64,000 bases of DNA from Gekko japonicus (taxonomy: Eukaryota), in contig NW_015162488.1 in NCBI RefSeq assembly GCF_001447785.1, positions 646,723 through 710,722 on the forward strand. The letters run 5' to 3'. Each line of letters starts with the position of its first letter. Positions within the stretch are counted from its first letter, which is position 1. The notes below the pieces were generated by a model. That model saw nothing but the letters and a program-made list of their open reading frames with translations. It searched no databases and was not told the origin of the DNA. Position numbers and translations under genes: made by a program. This document shows, piece by piece, positions 24,787-37,300 of the stretch.

Positions 24787-25371
24787 TTTCCTGCATTTAA
24801 TGGGATTCTTGATTGAAGTAACTTACTTGCTGTACCAGGCCACAAAATTGTACCCCGAGTGCCAGTGGACTTCCAAGGATGGTAGGTGGCAAAGTGGGGG
24901 TCTGCGGGCGTGAAGGGAAGAAAAAGATTGATGAAAATTTCCTCCTACTTTTCCCTGTAGAAGTGCCTTCTGCCCACAGAAAACATGGTTAGGATCTAAG
25001 TCATTAGAACTAGCCAACTGACTGCTTAGATGCGTGAAGGTGTTGAAATAAATATTCAGTCATTCCTGAAGACATCCCACTTTGCTCAGATTGAGGGAGG
25101 GAAAACAGTCAAAAAGTATGCCTATGCATGTCCCCACTGTGTGAACATATCTTCCCTCAGCTTTCAAGATTTTGCTTGTATAGGAGCTCTGAATAAAGCA
25201 CAGCTGAGAACACAGAAATAACACTGTTTCTCTCTAGAGGACTTTTTATCAGACAGTTGCAACTGTGATGTTAACGTGGATTTCATGAGACTGTAATACT
25301 ATTTTCTTTTAATGTTACTGTTTGGATTTGAGTATTGGCTTCTGGGGCAACTGGCATACTAGCTCTTGTTT

Positions 25372-26620
25372 TAGGTGGTCAGCCGTGTTGGTCTGAAGCA
25401 GTAGAACAAATTTAGAGTCCAGTGGCACCTTTAAGACCCACTAAGGTTTATTCAAGGTACAAGCTTTCATGTGCATGTATACTTTTTCAAGTACATTGGA
25501 ATGGAAGATAAAGTTCAAACTTACAGATGGGCTGATTAACATGTAACATAATGAAGATGTTTTAAGATATACAAAGACAAAACTAAATAACAAGCTAAGG
25601 TTATACGGTCAACAGCTGTAAAACAATAAATAAGTCAAAATAAGACTGAGACTCTCCATTCACTCCTCTCAGGCATGGAGGTCACTTTTTTTTGAGGTGG
25701 GTGCAGTGTTATGTCAGCCAAACATTCCAATATTCCTTATATTACATTCAGTATTCTAATATACTATTCTGAAAAAGAAATACACTAAAATACAGAGGAT
25801 GTATAGTCCCTCTGTATGAGAATACATATATGAGGAGTGAATGAGTTAGCATATGTAATGAGATAAGAAACCAATATCCCTGTTGAGTCCTGGGGAGGTT
25901 TTTGTTCCAAACGTTGTAATAACTTGTAATTCATCAATTTCCCTTTCCATTCTGTTCCTGAGGTTCCTTTGTAATAAAACAGCTACAGGAACTTCAGGAA
26001 CAGAATGGAAAAGGAAACTGCTGAATTACAACTTGGAACAAAAACCTCCCCAGGACTCAACAGGGATATTGGTTTCTTATCTCATTACATATGCTAACTT
26101 ATTCAGTCCTAACATATGTATTCTCATACAGAGGTACTATACATCTTCTGTATTTTAATGTATGTCTTTTTCAGAATAGTATATTAGAATACTGAACGTA
26201 ATACAAAGAATATTGGAATGTTTGGCTGACATAACACTGCACCCACCTCAAAAAGAAAAAAAAATGCTGTTAAGTGACCTCCACGCCTGAGAGGAGTGAA
26301 TGGAAAGTCTCAATCATATTTTGACAAATTTATTATTTTACAGCTGTTGACCTTATAACCCTAGCTTGTTATTTTGTTTTGTCTTCACATATTTTAAAAC
26401 ATCTTCATCATGTTACATGTTAATTTACTGTTCAGCCCGTCTTTTTTTTTAATTTAATTTGATTTGTATTCCGCCCTCCCTGCCCTCCCTTGTCTATAAG
26501 TTTGAACCTTACCTTCCATTCCAATGTATTTGAAAAAGTGTGCATGCACATGAAAGCTCATACCTTGAATAAAACTTTAGTTGGCCTTAAAGGTGCCACT
26601 GGAGTTTAGCTTTTGTTTTG
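25372..26620. mobile_element. Penelope-like element 3' end and pLTR as a head-to-head inverted duplication
   Basis: Both arms encode RN(F/L)RNRME.E..ELQ...GLNRDIGFLSHYIC* (Penelope GIY-YIG C-terminus) and end in TTAAAGGTGCCACTGGA; 18-nt spacer at 25969-25986. Confidence 0.85.
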
Positions 26621-26810
26621 AGAGCATTGGCTTGATTCTACTATCTGTTTACATTTCTTAGAAAAGTGGCCTTCTGTGGATAGATTTTTCCTAATTGCTT
26701 AATCTCCATTCAATTTAACAATTACTTCTCATGTTTATGTATAAATTAAATTTAAATCTTTAGTTTAAGATCTGTGTAATCTAATTTATTTCTGTCTTTT
26801 TCTTTACCAG

Positions 26811-27013
26811 TTAACCGTTACTTAAGTTCTGAAAATCCACTCTTCTTTGAATTGCGTGTCAGATATCTTATCGCCTGTGAACGCATCCCAGAGGCAATGT
26901 CTCTCATCAAATCTTGCATGAATCATCCTGAAATTAGCAAAAAACTATATTTCCATCAAGCATTTTTCATGTGTCTTTCTGTGTCATCACTGGAAGATCA
27001 GTTATTCCAAGAG
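26811..27013 (+). CDS. ZNF654: ZNF654 coding exon 5
   Basis: TCTTTACCAG| NRYLSSENPLFFELRVRYLIACERIPEA...DQLFQE |GTACAA; 203 nt. Confidence 0.95.
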
Positions 27014-27238
27014 GTACAATCTTCAGTAAATGTTTGCTTAGTAATGCTGCTTATCCTTTTGTGTTCATAAAGGAAAATTGTATACAACACCAAAATAGGA
27101 CAATGAGTTGACAAATGAGTTGAGTTCAAACTCCCCCATCACAAGCGAAGGGCAGTACTGTTCATGCAAAAGGGAGGGACTTCTACTGACTCTCCCCCCC
27201 CCCATAACCTGTGTTGCATCTCATGCCATTCTCTAAAC

Positions 27239-27433
27239 TAGGGCTGCCAACTCCTGGTTGGGAAATTCCTGGAGATTTTGGGGGTGGAGCCTGGGGAAGG
27301 CAAGGACCTCAGTGGGATATAATGTCATAGAGTGTAATCTCCAAAACAGCCCAGGGGAACTGATCTCTGTAGTCTGGAGATCAGATGCAATTCTGTGAGG
27401 TCTCCGGGCCCCACTTGGAGATTAGCAACCCTA
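27239..27433. mobile_element. hAT-type MITE (TAGGGTTGCCA-type TIR)
   Basis: TIRs TAGGGCTGCCAA / TTAGCAACCCTA; 8-bp TSD CTCTAAAC / CTGTAAAT. Confidence 0.75.
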
Positions 27434-29634
27434 CTGTAAATACCCCTGACCTTTGGAAATGGGGGGGGGGGCCTGCAGCAGGAAGAATGTGGAAGGAAAG
27501 ATAGTTCCACAAGTGGAGGTCAGCTTGCAGTTGTTTGTGGTCAACCCAATTACTGGAGATAATGTTTGAAGAGCACTGGAAGCTATTTTTCTTTAATGCT
27601 GCTATGGAACTAGCAGTGATCCAGGTTGATGATTATTTCTGACATATCAAGGGAAGAAAACTAGGTCCTATACTTACAAAAGTTAGGAGACCAGATTGTA
27701 AGCAGTTTCTGGTCAACTTCATTTTGCTCTTAAGAAAAACTTTTAGAAAGAAAATATTTTTGAATATAATAAGCCTTGCAGCGTATGAGTTTTCCTCTTT
27801 GAAGGGCTAAATGGGTAAAAGGTCATCTTTTACATGCAATTAAAATAAATGTTTAAAATGTAAGAAGAAATTTGTAACACTGCAGACTGGGGCAATATTA
27901 CTCATTAGAAGTTAATGTGGCTGGTGATAATTTGCATGTTAGGCTCAGCTTGTTCTTGAAGCGCTATAGAAATCTTTCAAATTAGTTTGACCAAAGATCA
28001 TACAGAGATAGAAAATGAATGTATATTTTATAGGCAGTGTTGACTCTATCAGTGTCTGAGCTTTCTAAAGATTACATGCATAACTACATATTGACTTCCT
28101 TGGAAATCTGTATAACATTAGAAGCCATGATCTTTCCCAGACATGTAGCAAATGAAGTACTTGAGTAACAGTGTTTACTACATAACAATAGTTACGTTTA
28201 ACATAGGACAGTGCAAAAAATACAGATTTAAAATGAAGCTCAGCCTTGAGTTATGTTCAACTTGTTTGTTTCTGTCAGCTGTGCTTCTCTATATAAGTAA
28301 CAATATTACAAAGCTTAATGTATTTGTCCTTTGTTATGGAGTGTGTGAGAAGCAAAGTACCCGTTTCCTCCCGAGAGTTAATGTGAATATTAGCAGGCCT
28401 ATTCCAGCTTGCAGGTGTCACTCATTGGGCCTTCCTGCCTACATCTTCAAGGCCAGAGTGAAGAATGTGATAATTAGCTCTTCTTGAGAAACTGTGGCCC
28501 ATGAGATTGGGGGGTGGGGAGAAGCAGGAGCAATGGCATAACCTTCTGCAAGAATGTGTTCTGAGTGGATTTGAACCATCACCTGGCACTAGATGGCACG
28601 AGACTATAATTGGGCTAGGAGCCAGAGAGAGACCATGCTTAACTTTCTGATTCTGGTGGACTGAAGCCTGGACCACGATATGCTTGGCTACGTAGAGAAT
28701 GCTTAAGCCTCTGTCTCTGACTTTGAGACTTTAAGACTGTGCCATCTAATACAAGGTATTAATGTCTTAGAAAGTTGGCTTCCTTGTTTTTCTCTGTTGC
28801 ATGGCTTTAAGAGTTTGTGTTGCCTAGAAATACAAAGTTTATTTGTTAAATTAAGTATTTAATAAACTATATATTCCTACCAGAATTTGATTTCTTGTGC
28901 ATGCTAGCCCTGGGAACCCACGTGGGTCAGGTTTGGCCTCCTTGACAGTGTCCTTTGGCACACATATGCGTGGATAAAAATGGCTGTTTCAAAACTGTCA
29001 AGCAGTTTGCACAGTGTTCAAATATTCTTTATTTAGAAACTGTCTCATATTTTAAAACTTGTCATTGTAAACCGTTGTTTAGTACTTCCCATCCCCCTGA
29101 AGACAGCTTTCACATTTAACAAAAGTGTTCCTAATAACATCAGCTTAGCATTGAAATTATTTCTGTTTATATATTAAAGTGTTTTATTGTACTATTCCAT
29201 AAACAACGATATTCAGTGTAGGCTAACAAAATTTAAAAATAATTATGTTCTGGGTTGGGTTAAAAACTTCTCAGAACTTTGCTTATGCATTAGCTTTTCC
29301 CTCAGCAACCTTTTCCCACTCTCTGTGCCCCCTCCCCTCCCCCAAAAGTTGCTCCTGAAGAGCAGATGCCCTAGGGACATTGGGGGGGAGCACTGTGGAA
29401 GGGGGAATTGAAAGGCACTCCTGCTTCTTGTGCAGACACAAGTTCTTTTCTGCTTGCACAAGAGGGAGTTTGATCCAGCCTCCATTTCTAAGGGAAATGT
29501 ATTTGCACTTATTTGTCTTTTTCTTTCTCTCCCTGAGAAGCAAATGTGTTTTATTTGGTGGGACTTACTCCCAGGAAGGTGTTCTTCATATTACAGCCCT
29601 GGTTACTTAAGTTTATCTCATTTTGCTTTTACAG

Positions 29635-29774
29635 CATTTGCTAAAAACCGACTGTATGAATGGTGTTGAAATCATCTGCAACATTGCAAAAGAAGGGAAG
29701 ACTGCCTTAGCCTTGTATCTTTGTGAGTCATTCCTTATTCCACATCTCCAGAAAGGAGATATGTATTGCATCTG
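29635..29774 (+). CDS. ZNF654: ZNF654 coding exon 6
   Basis: TTTTACAG| HLLKTDCMNGVEIICNIAKEGKTALALYLCESFLIPHLQKGDMYCI |GTAAGT; 140 nt. Confidence 0.95.
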
Positions 29775-30118
29775 GTAAGTGCCTTCTTTCTAGTGATACA
29801 CCCTCTTAAGCAGATTGCAGGTTTTTATTACTACAAAGAATTCGTAGAATTGTAATTTTTTTCAACTGTAGTTAATGCTTTCTGATTTCTATCCTTTGGG
29901 TGTATTTCATTTTTCTTTCCTGTGCAGCTATCTGTTGACAATATCCCAGGGCGTAGGGGCATACTGCAGTGGTACTGATTGCAAAATCCATGGCTTTAGG
30001 CTTTAAAGTATTAGCCAGGGGTCTTTTGGGGCCGGAGCATGACAGAGCGCCGCTCCGGCAGCCCAGGAGCCCGTGCAAATGGTGGCGGCGGCAAGCCCCG
30101 CCCCCAGCTCCCCCTGCC

Positions 30119-30257
30119 GAAAGCGCTGCAGCTCAGGGGAGGCCCGGAGAGCCCCGCTGCCGACTCCCCCGGGCCTGCACAGAAGTGCTGTGGCTCAGGG
30201 GAGGACTGGAGAGCCCCGCGCAGAAGCGCTGCGGCTCAGGGAAGGCAGGAGAGCCCC
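30119..30257. repeat. GC-rich imperfect direct repeat, 3 copies of about 38 bp
   Basis: AAGCGCTGCGGCTCAGGGGAGGCNGGAGAGCCCC-like units at about 30119, 30180 and 30221. Confidence 0.85.
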
Positions 30258-32076
30258 AGAAAGGTGTTTTTATTATAATTAAAAGAAAAGAGTAAAATAC
30301 ACTCGGAGCACATGGGGAAGACACAAACTATCTAAGAGGAAAATAAGAGGGATTAGCGGGAACAGTGATTTGGGGAAGGCAGTATTTACAAAGTCCTGGA
30401 GGTCAAGGTCCATGGAAGACAATGAGAGAAATGGCCTGTATTTCCCAGAGAGAAGGAGGAAGCCCGCAAGTGAATGGGGGTGCGATGTTTAGCGCTGAGA
30501 GAACCCACACACATTCCATGGAGCAGAGCGTGTCCAGTTATAGGAAAAGGTAGCCCGGTGGTGGTATGACGTATGTCTCCCTAAAACAATACCATGATTA
30601 GTTTTTCAGGGGTAAAACAGTGTGTTGGGAGAGGCGTAATGGCTCTCGCCTGGATGGACAAAGACCTAGAGAAACTTGTGATGGGTGTGCCTGAGTGGTA
30701 TTAATGTTCTCCTGATGAGATTGCTAAATGTAAACTAGAAGTGTGAAAGTGTTCTGATGACCCTTGACTGCAGGATGGGAGAGGCTGTTGGATATATAAA
30801 TAGCCCATTAATTAAGGTGATCAAGCAAGGGGAAACAGGACCAGGAGTGGACAGGGTGAAGTCCAGGTGAGGGGAGGTGCTCTCAGGAAATCCATTATTG
30901 AGATTGAGTATCTCTTTTAGGGTGGGGAAGAGAGCTATTAACATGTCAGCTATCCTGAGTAACCTACCCAAAATATTTTCTCAGGCTTGTCTCTGGCTAG
31001 CGTCCATTCTATTTGTTTCGGCTCCATTTTGTTTCAACCTCTCAGGCCAGGCAGTACAGTACACACATGATTTTGGGGGTGATATTAAAGAAGGGTGTCT
31101 GGTGTCTAACTGCCCTTCTGTAGGAGGAGTCTGGCTAATAACGGGGGAGGGGAACTGGTTGAAATCACGCCTCTTCCTGCAAACACTCCCTGCTAGCTAA
31201 AGAGGGTAGCGGGCAGTTTTGCCCAATTCTGCCTCCTCACCGCAGCCACTTGCCCCTCAGTTCTTTTTGTCCATGTGGGTCCTCCAGCATTAGCTTTTTC
31301 AGGATCAAAAAGGAGCTAATGAGAGAACAGGAATTAAGGGAAGGTCTGGATCCACAAGTTTGTTGCTCTGGTGGTTGGTAGGATACAACCCAATAAATGA
31401 CTGTAATTAATCAGGTTCGATTTTTTGAGGAGAATGTAGGAGAAATAGGACCAGTCGTGTCTTTCAACTATAACCATATTTTGTTGAACATATGTACTAC
31501 TAAGGTTTCAGTAGGTACTGTCAAGAAAACATGCTTCCTATTAAGTTTATCTGCAACTTATGTAGAAAGCTTTATAGCTTTAGTAGATGCAAAACTCAGA
31601 AATTATACAGAATATTTTTTCTACCTGGATTTGCTATGCATTCACGTGGAATACTTAGGAATGCCTGACTTAAAAATTGTGTTTGTTTATTTATTATTTG
31701 TATTTATACCCCTCCCTCCCTGTGGGCAGGCTCAGGGCGGCTTACAGAGGTCGGTACAATGTACCTAGACAACATAAAACTTTAAAACATTTTTAAACAG
31801 CTTAAAACATTATTACATTTAAAGTGCTCACAATATTAATAATTCCTTAAAATTAGATGGCGTGCTCTAAGATATACCATCCAAGTTCTCAAATTTTGGT
31901 GTAACAAGTTACAGTCAGATGAGCGTTAATCAGATTGAGCTTTACAGTATGTTACAAGTTATTAACAAACATGCATTTCTGGTTGCATTACTAGCACTTA
32001 TAAGTACAATTACAGTGTGTTTTGAAGTATAGTGTGTCTAAATCATACTAACAGGTTGTGTTCTGTCTATTTATAG

Positions 32077-32218
32077 GGAGCTGATCTTTATTTGGAGCAA
32101 ACTACAACTTAAATCTAATCCATCAAAACAGGCATTTGTAGATCAGTGCTACCATCTTCTAAGAATAGCTACAAATATAAGAGTTATTTTCCCTTTCATG
32201 AAAGTTATTAAAGATGAA
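32077..32218 (+). CDS. ZNF654: ZNF654 coding exon 7
   Basis: TTTATAG| ELIFIWSKLQLKSNPSKQAFVDQCYHLLRIATNIRVIFPFMKVIKDE |GTAAGT; 142 nt. Confidence 0.95.
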
Positions 32219-34061
32219 GTAAGTTATGGCGTATTTTTTATGTATTAGACATGTTCTTTGAAGTGTTTGCAAGTACTTGTTAAATTATCATTGCAACAGG
32301 AGAACAGATACATAACTTTTTAAACCACCATTTTGTACCAATGTGTTTTCTTAGATTGTAGAAGACTGATAAGATAAAATTAAGCCCACAAATGAAGTGC
32401 ATAAAATATATGTATAAAAGGCAGGCAATAGTATATATATTTTATCTATCCAAATCAGTTCTAGTTATGCAAATCTGACATAGGAGTGGTACAATTCTAA
32501 TGTTAACTGTGGCTAGAAATAACCATTGTTTTGTTATCCTAATCCTATCAAGTAAAGCTATGGTATTGCTTGCTGAATTAAGCCCTGCTTCCAGGGCATG
32601 TGCATAAAGAGACACAAGTAACACCTTCTTGCAGGCAGAGCCTGAAGAGGCAGGGGAAGTTTCCTTAAGCATTGATTGTCTAGCATGGGGATGAATTTTA
32701 ATCATAATTAATGCAAACTGGCTTGCAAACCCACTCCAAACGATAGTTTTACATGCTGGTTTATTAACTGGAGTTTAGGTATTCAGATGTTTATCTTGAC
32801 CCTAATTAATTAAAAACATTTGTACACCATCTTTCCACCCAGATAAGTCCACAAGGCAGGAAACATAATTTTTTTTAAAAAGTTTGAGAAATTAAACATA
32901 CATTTAAAATTATGAAATAATTAAATTAAAAATATGTGAACAAACAACACCAGGATGGCCAAGTTAAATGTGATAGCTGCAGAGGACTATAAGATCATAA
33001 CTGTTTTAAAAACATCTTTGAAGTCTGGGTGCATTTACTGCATCCAGTTACTACGTTTTCTGTATTATGTGTGTTTTCCAAGGTGATAACTGCATATTTA
33101 AAAATCTTTCCATTAGTACTTGTCCACATTGCCATATACATTTGCTTTAAAGAAAGCTTAATAGAATACATGAATTGTAACAGAGGCACCCTCTTAATAT
33201 GATTCTTCATTGTATCTCTAGCTTGTGCATCTCATCACAGTAGACAACAGTTCCCCTGGTGGTGTGTTATCATGGAAGTATAAAGGAGAAGCACATTTTC
33301 ACATGCTTCCTTAATTTACTATTGGTGAGGAATTTAGGGCTTGATCCAAAAGTTGTTTTCCATCAGTGTAAAGCACTTCCAACAACTGAAGGGGGGCTTT
33401 TTGCTGATTTCCCTCCTCCTTCTGCATAGCCCCCCTTAAGTCCTCTGTTCATGAAGAGTAGCATTTCAGGATACTTTGTGGGTACAGTGGGAAGACAGGG
33501 CAGGAAACGTCTATTAATGAAGCTCTTCTGGTGGCACTTTGGGTCCAAGTCATTGTCTGGTAGATGTAAATGGGTTGTGCCAAAGATCCCAGATTTTTAG
33601 AGAAAAAGTTGAAGGCTGTGTCATTCAATATATTCATCTACCAGTTAAAAAATTATATAAAGAGTATGCCAATGCATAAGTATCTTATTCACACTGGGAA
33701 GCTGGTTAGCAGAATTGTGAACTTCAAGATTATGTGTGACTGTGACTACTGACAAAACAGTGCTTGAGTATATAATGAAGAATTGAAAAGGGCACCCTGT
33801 AGCTTGTAGATGAAACTGAACTTAGAACCTGGTTTTGCATGTTGAATGTGCAGAGTACTGCAACATGCTCTACATGTGGCTGACTTTGCAATCTCAGAGC
33901 TTCTGTTTATGCAAATGCAGTAGCAAGACTTTTATACAGGGTCAACCACTTGAGACATTTAATACAGGTGTTCCATCACCTGTACTGATTACTATTTGCT
34001 TGTAAGCCCTTTATGGCCGAGGATCATTATGCTTATCAAACCACATCTCCCTGTATACTCC

Positions 34062-34208
34062 GGTGCATCGTGTTTACTACATAGTTACTAAAATACTGCG
34101 ATTTAAAATTCTTAAATACTGCAATTTAAACGTGCATCGTGTTTACTACATAGTTACTAAGTCTTAAATACTGCAATTTAAAATTCTTAAATACTGCAAT
34201 TTAAAATT
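34062..34208. repeat. Compound local tandem duplication
   Basis: GTGCATCGTGTTTACTACATAGTTACTAA twice, interleaved with four AAATACTGC(A/G)ATTTAAA units. Confidence 0.85.
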
Positions 34209-34313
34209 GTGTTCTTTCAAGTTTTACTCCACATTTTTTTTTAGAATGAAATGTCTGCATGTTGTAAATGTAAGTCAACTTTTAGAGTAATGGGCTTTTA
34301 TTCTTTCTCACAG

Positions 34314-36591
34314 GTTGGCAAGGATGGTTTGCAGATTTGTGTTGAAATATGTGGAAGTGCTCTCCAGCTGGATCTCCGTGATGACCCAAAAGTGAAATGT
34401 CTAATATACAAAACTATTTCTCACTTTTTGCCAAATGATTTGGAGATTGTCAGAATATGTGCTCTTTCCATCTTTTTTCTTGAGCGCACCTTCGAGTCCT
34501 ATTACACTGTTGAACATTTGTATAAGCATGCAGATGAAGAATACAATGAACAAATCAGTTCTGTTCAGAACCGTGTCCGTTTTGAGTTGCTTCCAATTTT
34601 GAAAAAGGGTTTGTTTTTTGATCCTGAGTTCTGGAATTTCTTGATGATCAAGCAGAACTGTTTAGCACTGCTAAAGGACAAAGCATCAGTTGACTTAAAT
34701 AAAAGTACACGGGAACATTCTCCTTCTAGTACACAGAAGCAGCCACGTCGAGCATTGCGTAGTGATCATTCTTGTCTAGCAGATGTAAGCAATGGAGAAC
34801 TAGGCCATGAAGATCTTCCTGGAGCACATGGTAATTCCAGAAAGAACCACATAGCTCTTGGATCACCTAAAATTGATCACAATGTACCTAGGCACCTCTG
34901 TGTGCTATGCAATAGGGAATTTCTTGGGGGTCATATTGTGAGGCATGCACAGGCTCACCAGAAAAAGGGCAGTTTTTCATGTGTAATGTGCCGCAGAAAA
35001 TTCAGGCAAAAAGGAGTAATGCTTAAGCACTTAAAGAATCATATCAAGAAGATAACAAGACATCAGCTCGCTTTTCCATGTCACGATCAAAAATCTTCTG
35101 ATGTCAATGAAGTAAACTGCTCTGGAGCAGATGTTCCTCTCGAAAATGGGAACTTGGAGAACTCTAAAGATAACAAAATGGAAGTTATCATTCCAAGTAC
35201 TGATCAGGAGCCACAGAATGCTGAATTCCCATTGGCTGTGACTGAAAATCATGTTAGCAACCAGGATACCATTATTGAAAATGGTAGTTGTGATAGCCAT
35301 TCAAATAACACTCCTGAGCCAGAAACTACAGAAGGATTGCCAGAAAGTGATGCCACCTTGAGTAAGGAGTTCCCCATACTTCATAGAATAAATGGTATAG
35401 TATGCCCTCAAAATGACCTGAACATTATGGACCAGGCAGGCAACTTCAAGTGTCCTGCAAGTGGCTGCATTAGAGTCTTTAAAAAGATTCAGTTTCTGAA
35501 TAAGCATGCACGAAAAGCTCATCCCACTGATCTGAAAGTGCAAGAGCATATAATGAAGTCAAATAAAGGAAAATGCCGCTTTTGTCAGAGAAAATTTTTA
35601 GATTGCCAACATTTTATCGATCACCTAAAGCAACATGTATATCCAAATGTACATTTTTGTTTACATTTTAATTGTAATCAAAGATTTAAGCTGTCCACTG
35701 AGCTTGCAGAGCACACAAAAAGTCACAGTGAGTTTAAAGCTCAGTGTAATTTTGCAGAGTGCTGTGAGCTTTTTGAGGACCTTTCATTGCTGTTTGAGCA
35801 TGAAGCTCAACATTATTCACACAAAATGGATCAGTCTGAAGAAGTCAATGAAAATAATTCTTCAGATATTGTTTTGGAATCCCAGAGCAGCATCCGAGAA
35901 AAAGCAATGAGCAGTAATGAAAAAGAGGCTACAGTAGACTTGCCAGTTCCAACTTGGAAATCAAGGAAAGATTCTACAGAACCAAAGACCTACATCCAGA
36001 GTGAGAAAAAAGTAAATAGTCTAACACAGAATGGGAATGAACATGTATGTGATGATACTGCTACAGTTGTGAACTTGATAGACCAAAAGATACCTGCGAT
36101 AGAGCCAAATTCTGAGGACTGTAAAGATAGTAACCAATTAGTCAATGGGCATAGTGAACTGGAACAGGCTCCTTCAGAGAGTGCTTTGGAAAAAGTGACT
36201 GACAACACAAGGACAGAAAATGAGTCCATTCTGCCAGTTTTACAGAACTGTAATGATATTCTACCAAACAGTATTGCAACAGTCTCTCAGTCACCTTCCA
36301 AACCAAATCAGATAACAGAAAACACTTCATATGGCTTGATTTTAACAAAACCTTATGTTAGACCGTTGCCTCCAAGTTACCTTGATGAACGGTACATTAG
36401 CATGCCAAAACGTAGAAAAACTTTGATGGACAAAGTAGATGCTCATTTAGAACAAGATAAAACTTGTAGCAAGTCAGAGAGGTTACGATGCAGCAAATGC
36501 CTGACCACCTACTGTAACTCGGAAGCACTTCAGCTTCACCTTGCACAAAAGAAGTGTCAGACACTCTTTGGATTCGATTCAGATGATGAAA
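34314..36591 (+). CDS. ZNF654: ZNF654 coding exon 8 (large exon: end of the RLF/ZNF292-type N-terminal domain, six C2H2 fingers and a C-terminal C2HC-like finger)
   Basis: CTCACAG| VGKDGLQICVEICG...; CVLCNREFLGGHIVRHAQAH, CVMCRRKF..HLKNH, CPASGC..HARKAH, CRFCQRKF..HLKQH, CLHFNC..HTKSH, CNFAECC..HEAQH, CSKC..HLAQKKC; ends DSDDE A|GTAAGT; 2278 nt. Confidence 0.96.
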
Positions 36592-36683
36592 GTAAGTCTT
36601 ACAGTGCTGCTGCTGTCTTATGTGTAGTTCTGGCCATTGAAAAAGAGACCCCAAATTTCCCTTTTTGATATAAAGGTTTTCTT

Positions 36684-36765
36684 NNNNNNNNNNNNNNNNN
36701 NNNNNNNNNNNNNNNNNNNNNNNNNNNNNNNNNNNNNNNNNNNNNNNNNNNNNNNNNNNNNNNNN
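36684..36765. other. Assembly gap
   Basis: Run of N. Confidence 1.
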
Positions 36766-37086
36766 AAACATGGTCCCATCTGTGGATACTTAAATTTGGA
36801 GATTCAAGCCTTGAACAGACAAGCAAGATCTTCTACAAACCCGAGAAGAGTCCCTGGTTTGCAGAAATATCTGAAATGGGGGGGGGACTCAAAATAATAG
36901 AAGTGGTGCCTGTAGATTTAAGAAACAGATGACTTCTGTGGCATTGCTAGGCAACCATAACAGTGTTGCAAGTATTCAAGCCTGTTCTGTCAACAGCAAC
37001 CACCAGGCAATTAAGATACCACTCAATTTACATGACTCACCCAAGCCTGACTGCTTGCTGCTTTTCAGCAGCAACCACATTATGAA

Positions 37087-37300
37087 AGCCAGTGTTGTGT
37101 AGTTGTTAGTGTTTCAGACTAGGATCTGGGAGACCCAGGATCAAATCACCAACCTCCTGTGGAAGCTCATTGGATGTCCATGGGCTAGTTACACATTCTC
37201 AATCTCAGGTAGCTTATGAGGATAAAATGGAGGAAAGCAGAATGATGTAAGTTGCTTTGGATCCCTGTTGTAGAGAAAGGTGGGGTATAAATGAAGTAAA
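37087..37300 (+). mobile_element. Older Squam3/MIR-like SINE
   Basis: AGCCAGTGTTGTGTAGTTGTTAG head, GAGGATAAAATGGAGG core, GGGGTATAAAT tail. Confidence 0.7.

Noticed and set aside
24489-24845. ORFs with poly-Glu or poly-Ser tracts
   Set aside because: They are translations of the SINE and its (TCC)n tail
30280-31050. Endogenous retrovirus env fragment (NWT and Cys-containing peptides on the minus strand)
   Set aside because: No CXXC, furin site, immunosuppressive domain or LTRs could be found in a consistent frame
34251-36668. 805-aa ORF as a stand-alone single-exon gene
   Set aside because: The first 21 and last 25 codons are intronic; a canonical acceptor (34314) and donor (36591) link it in frame to exons 1-7 and 9
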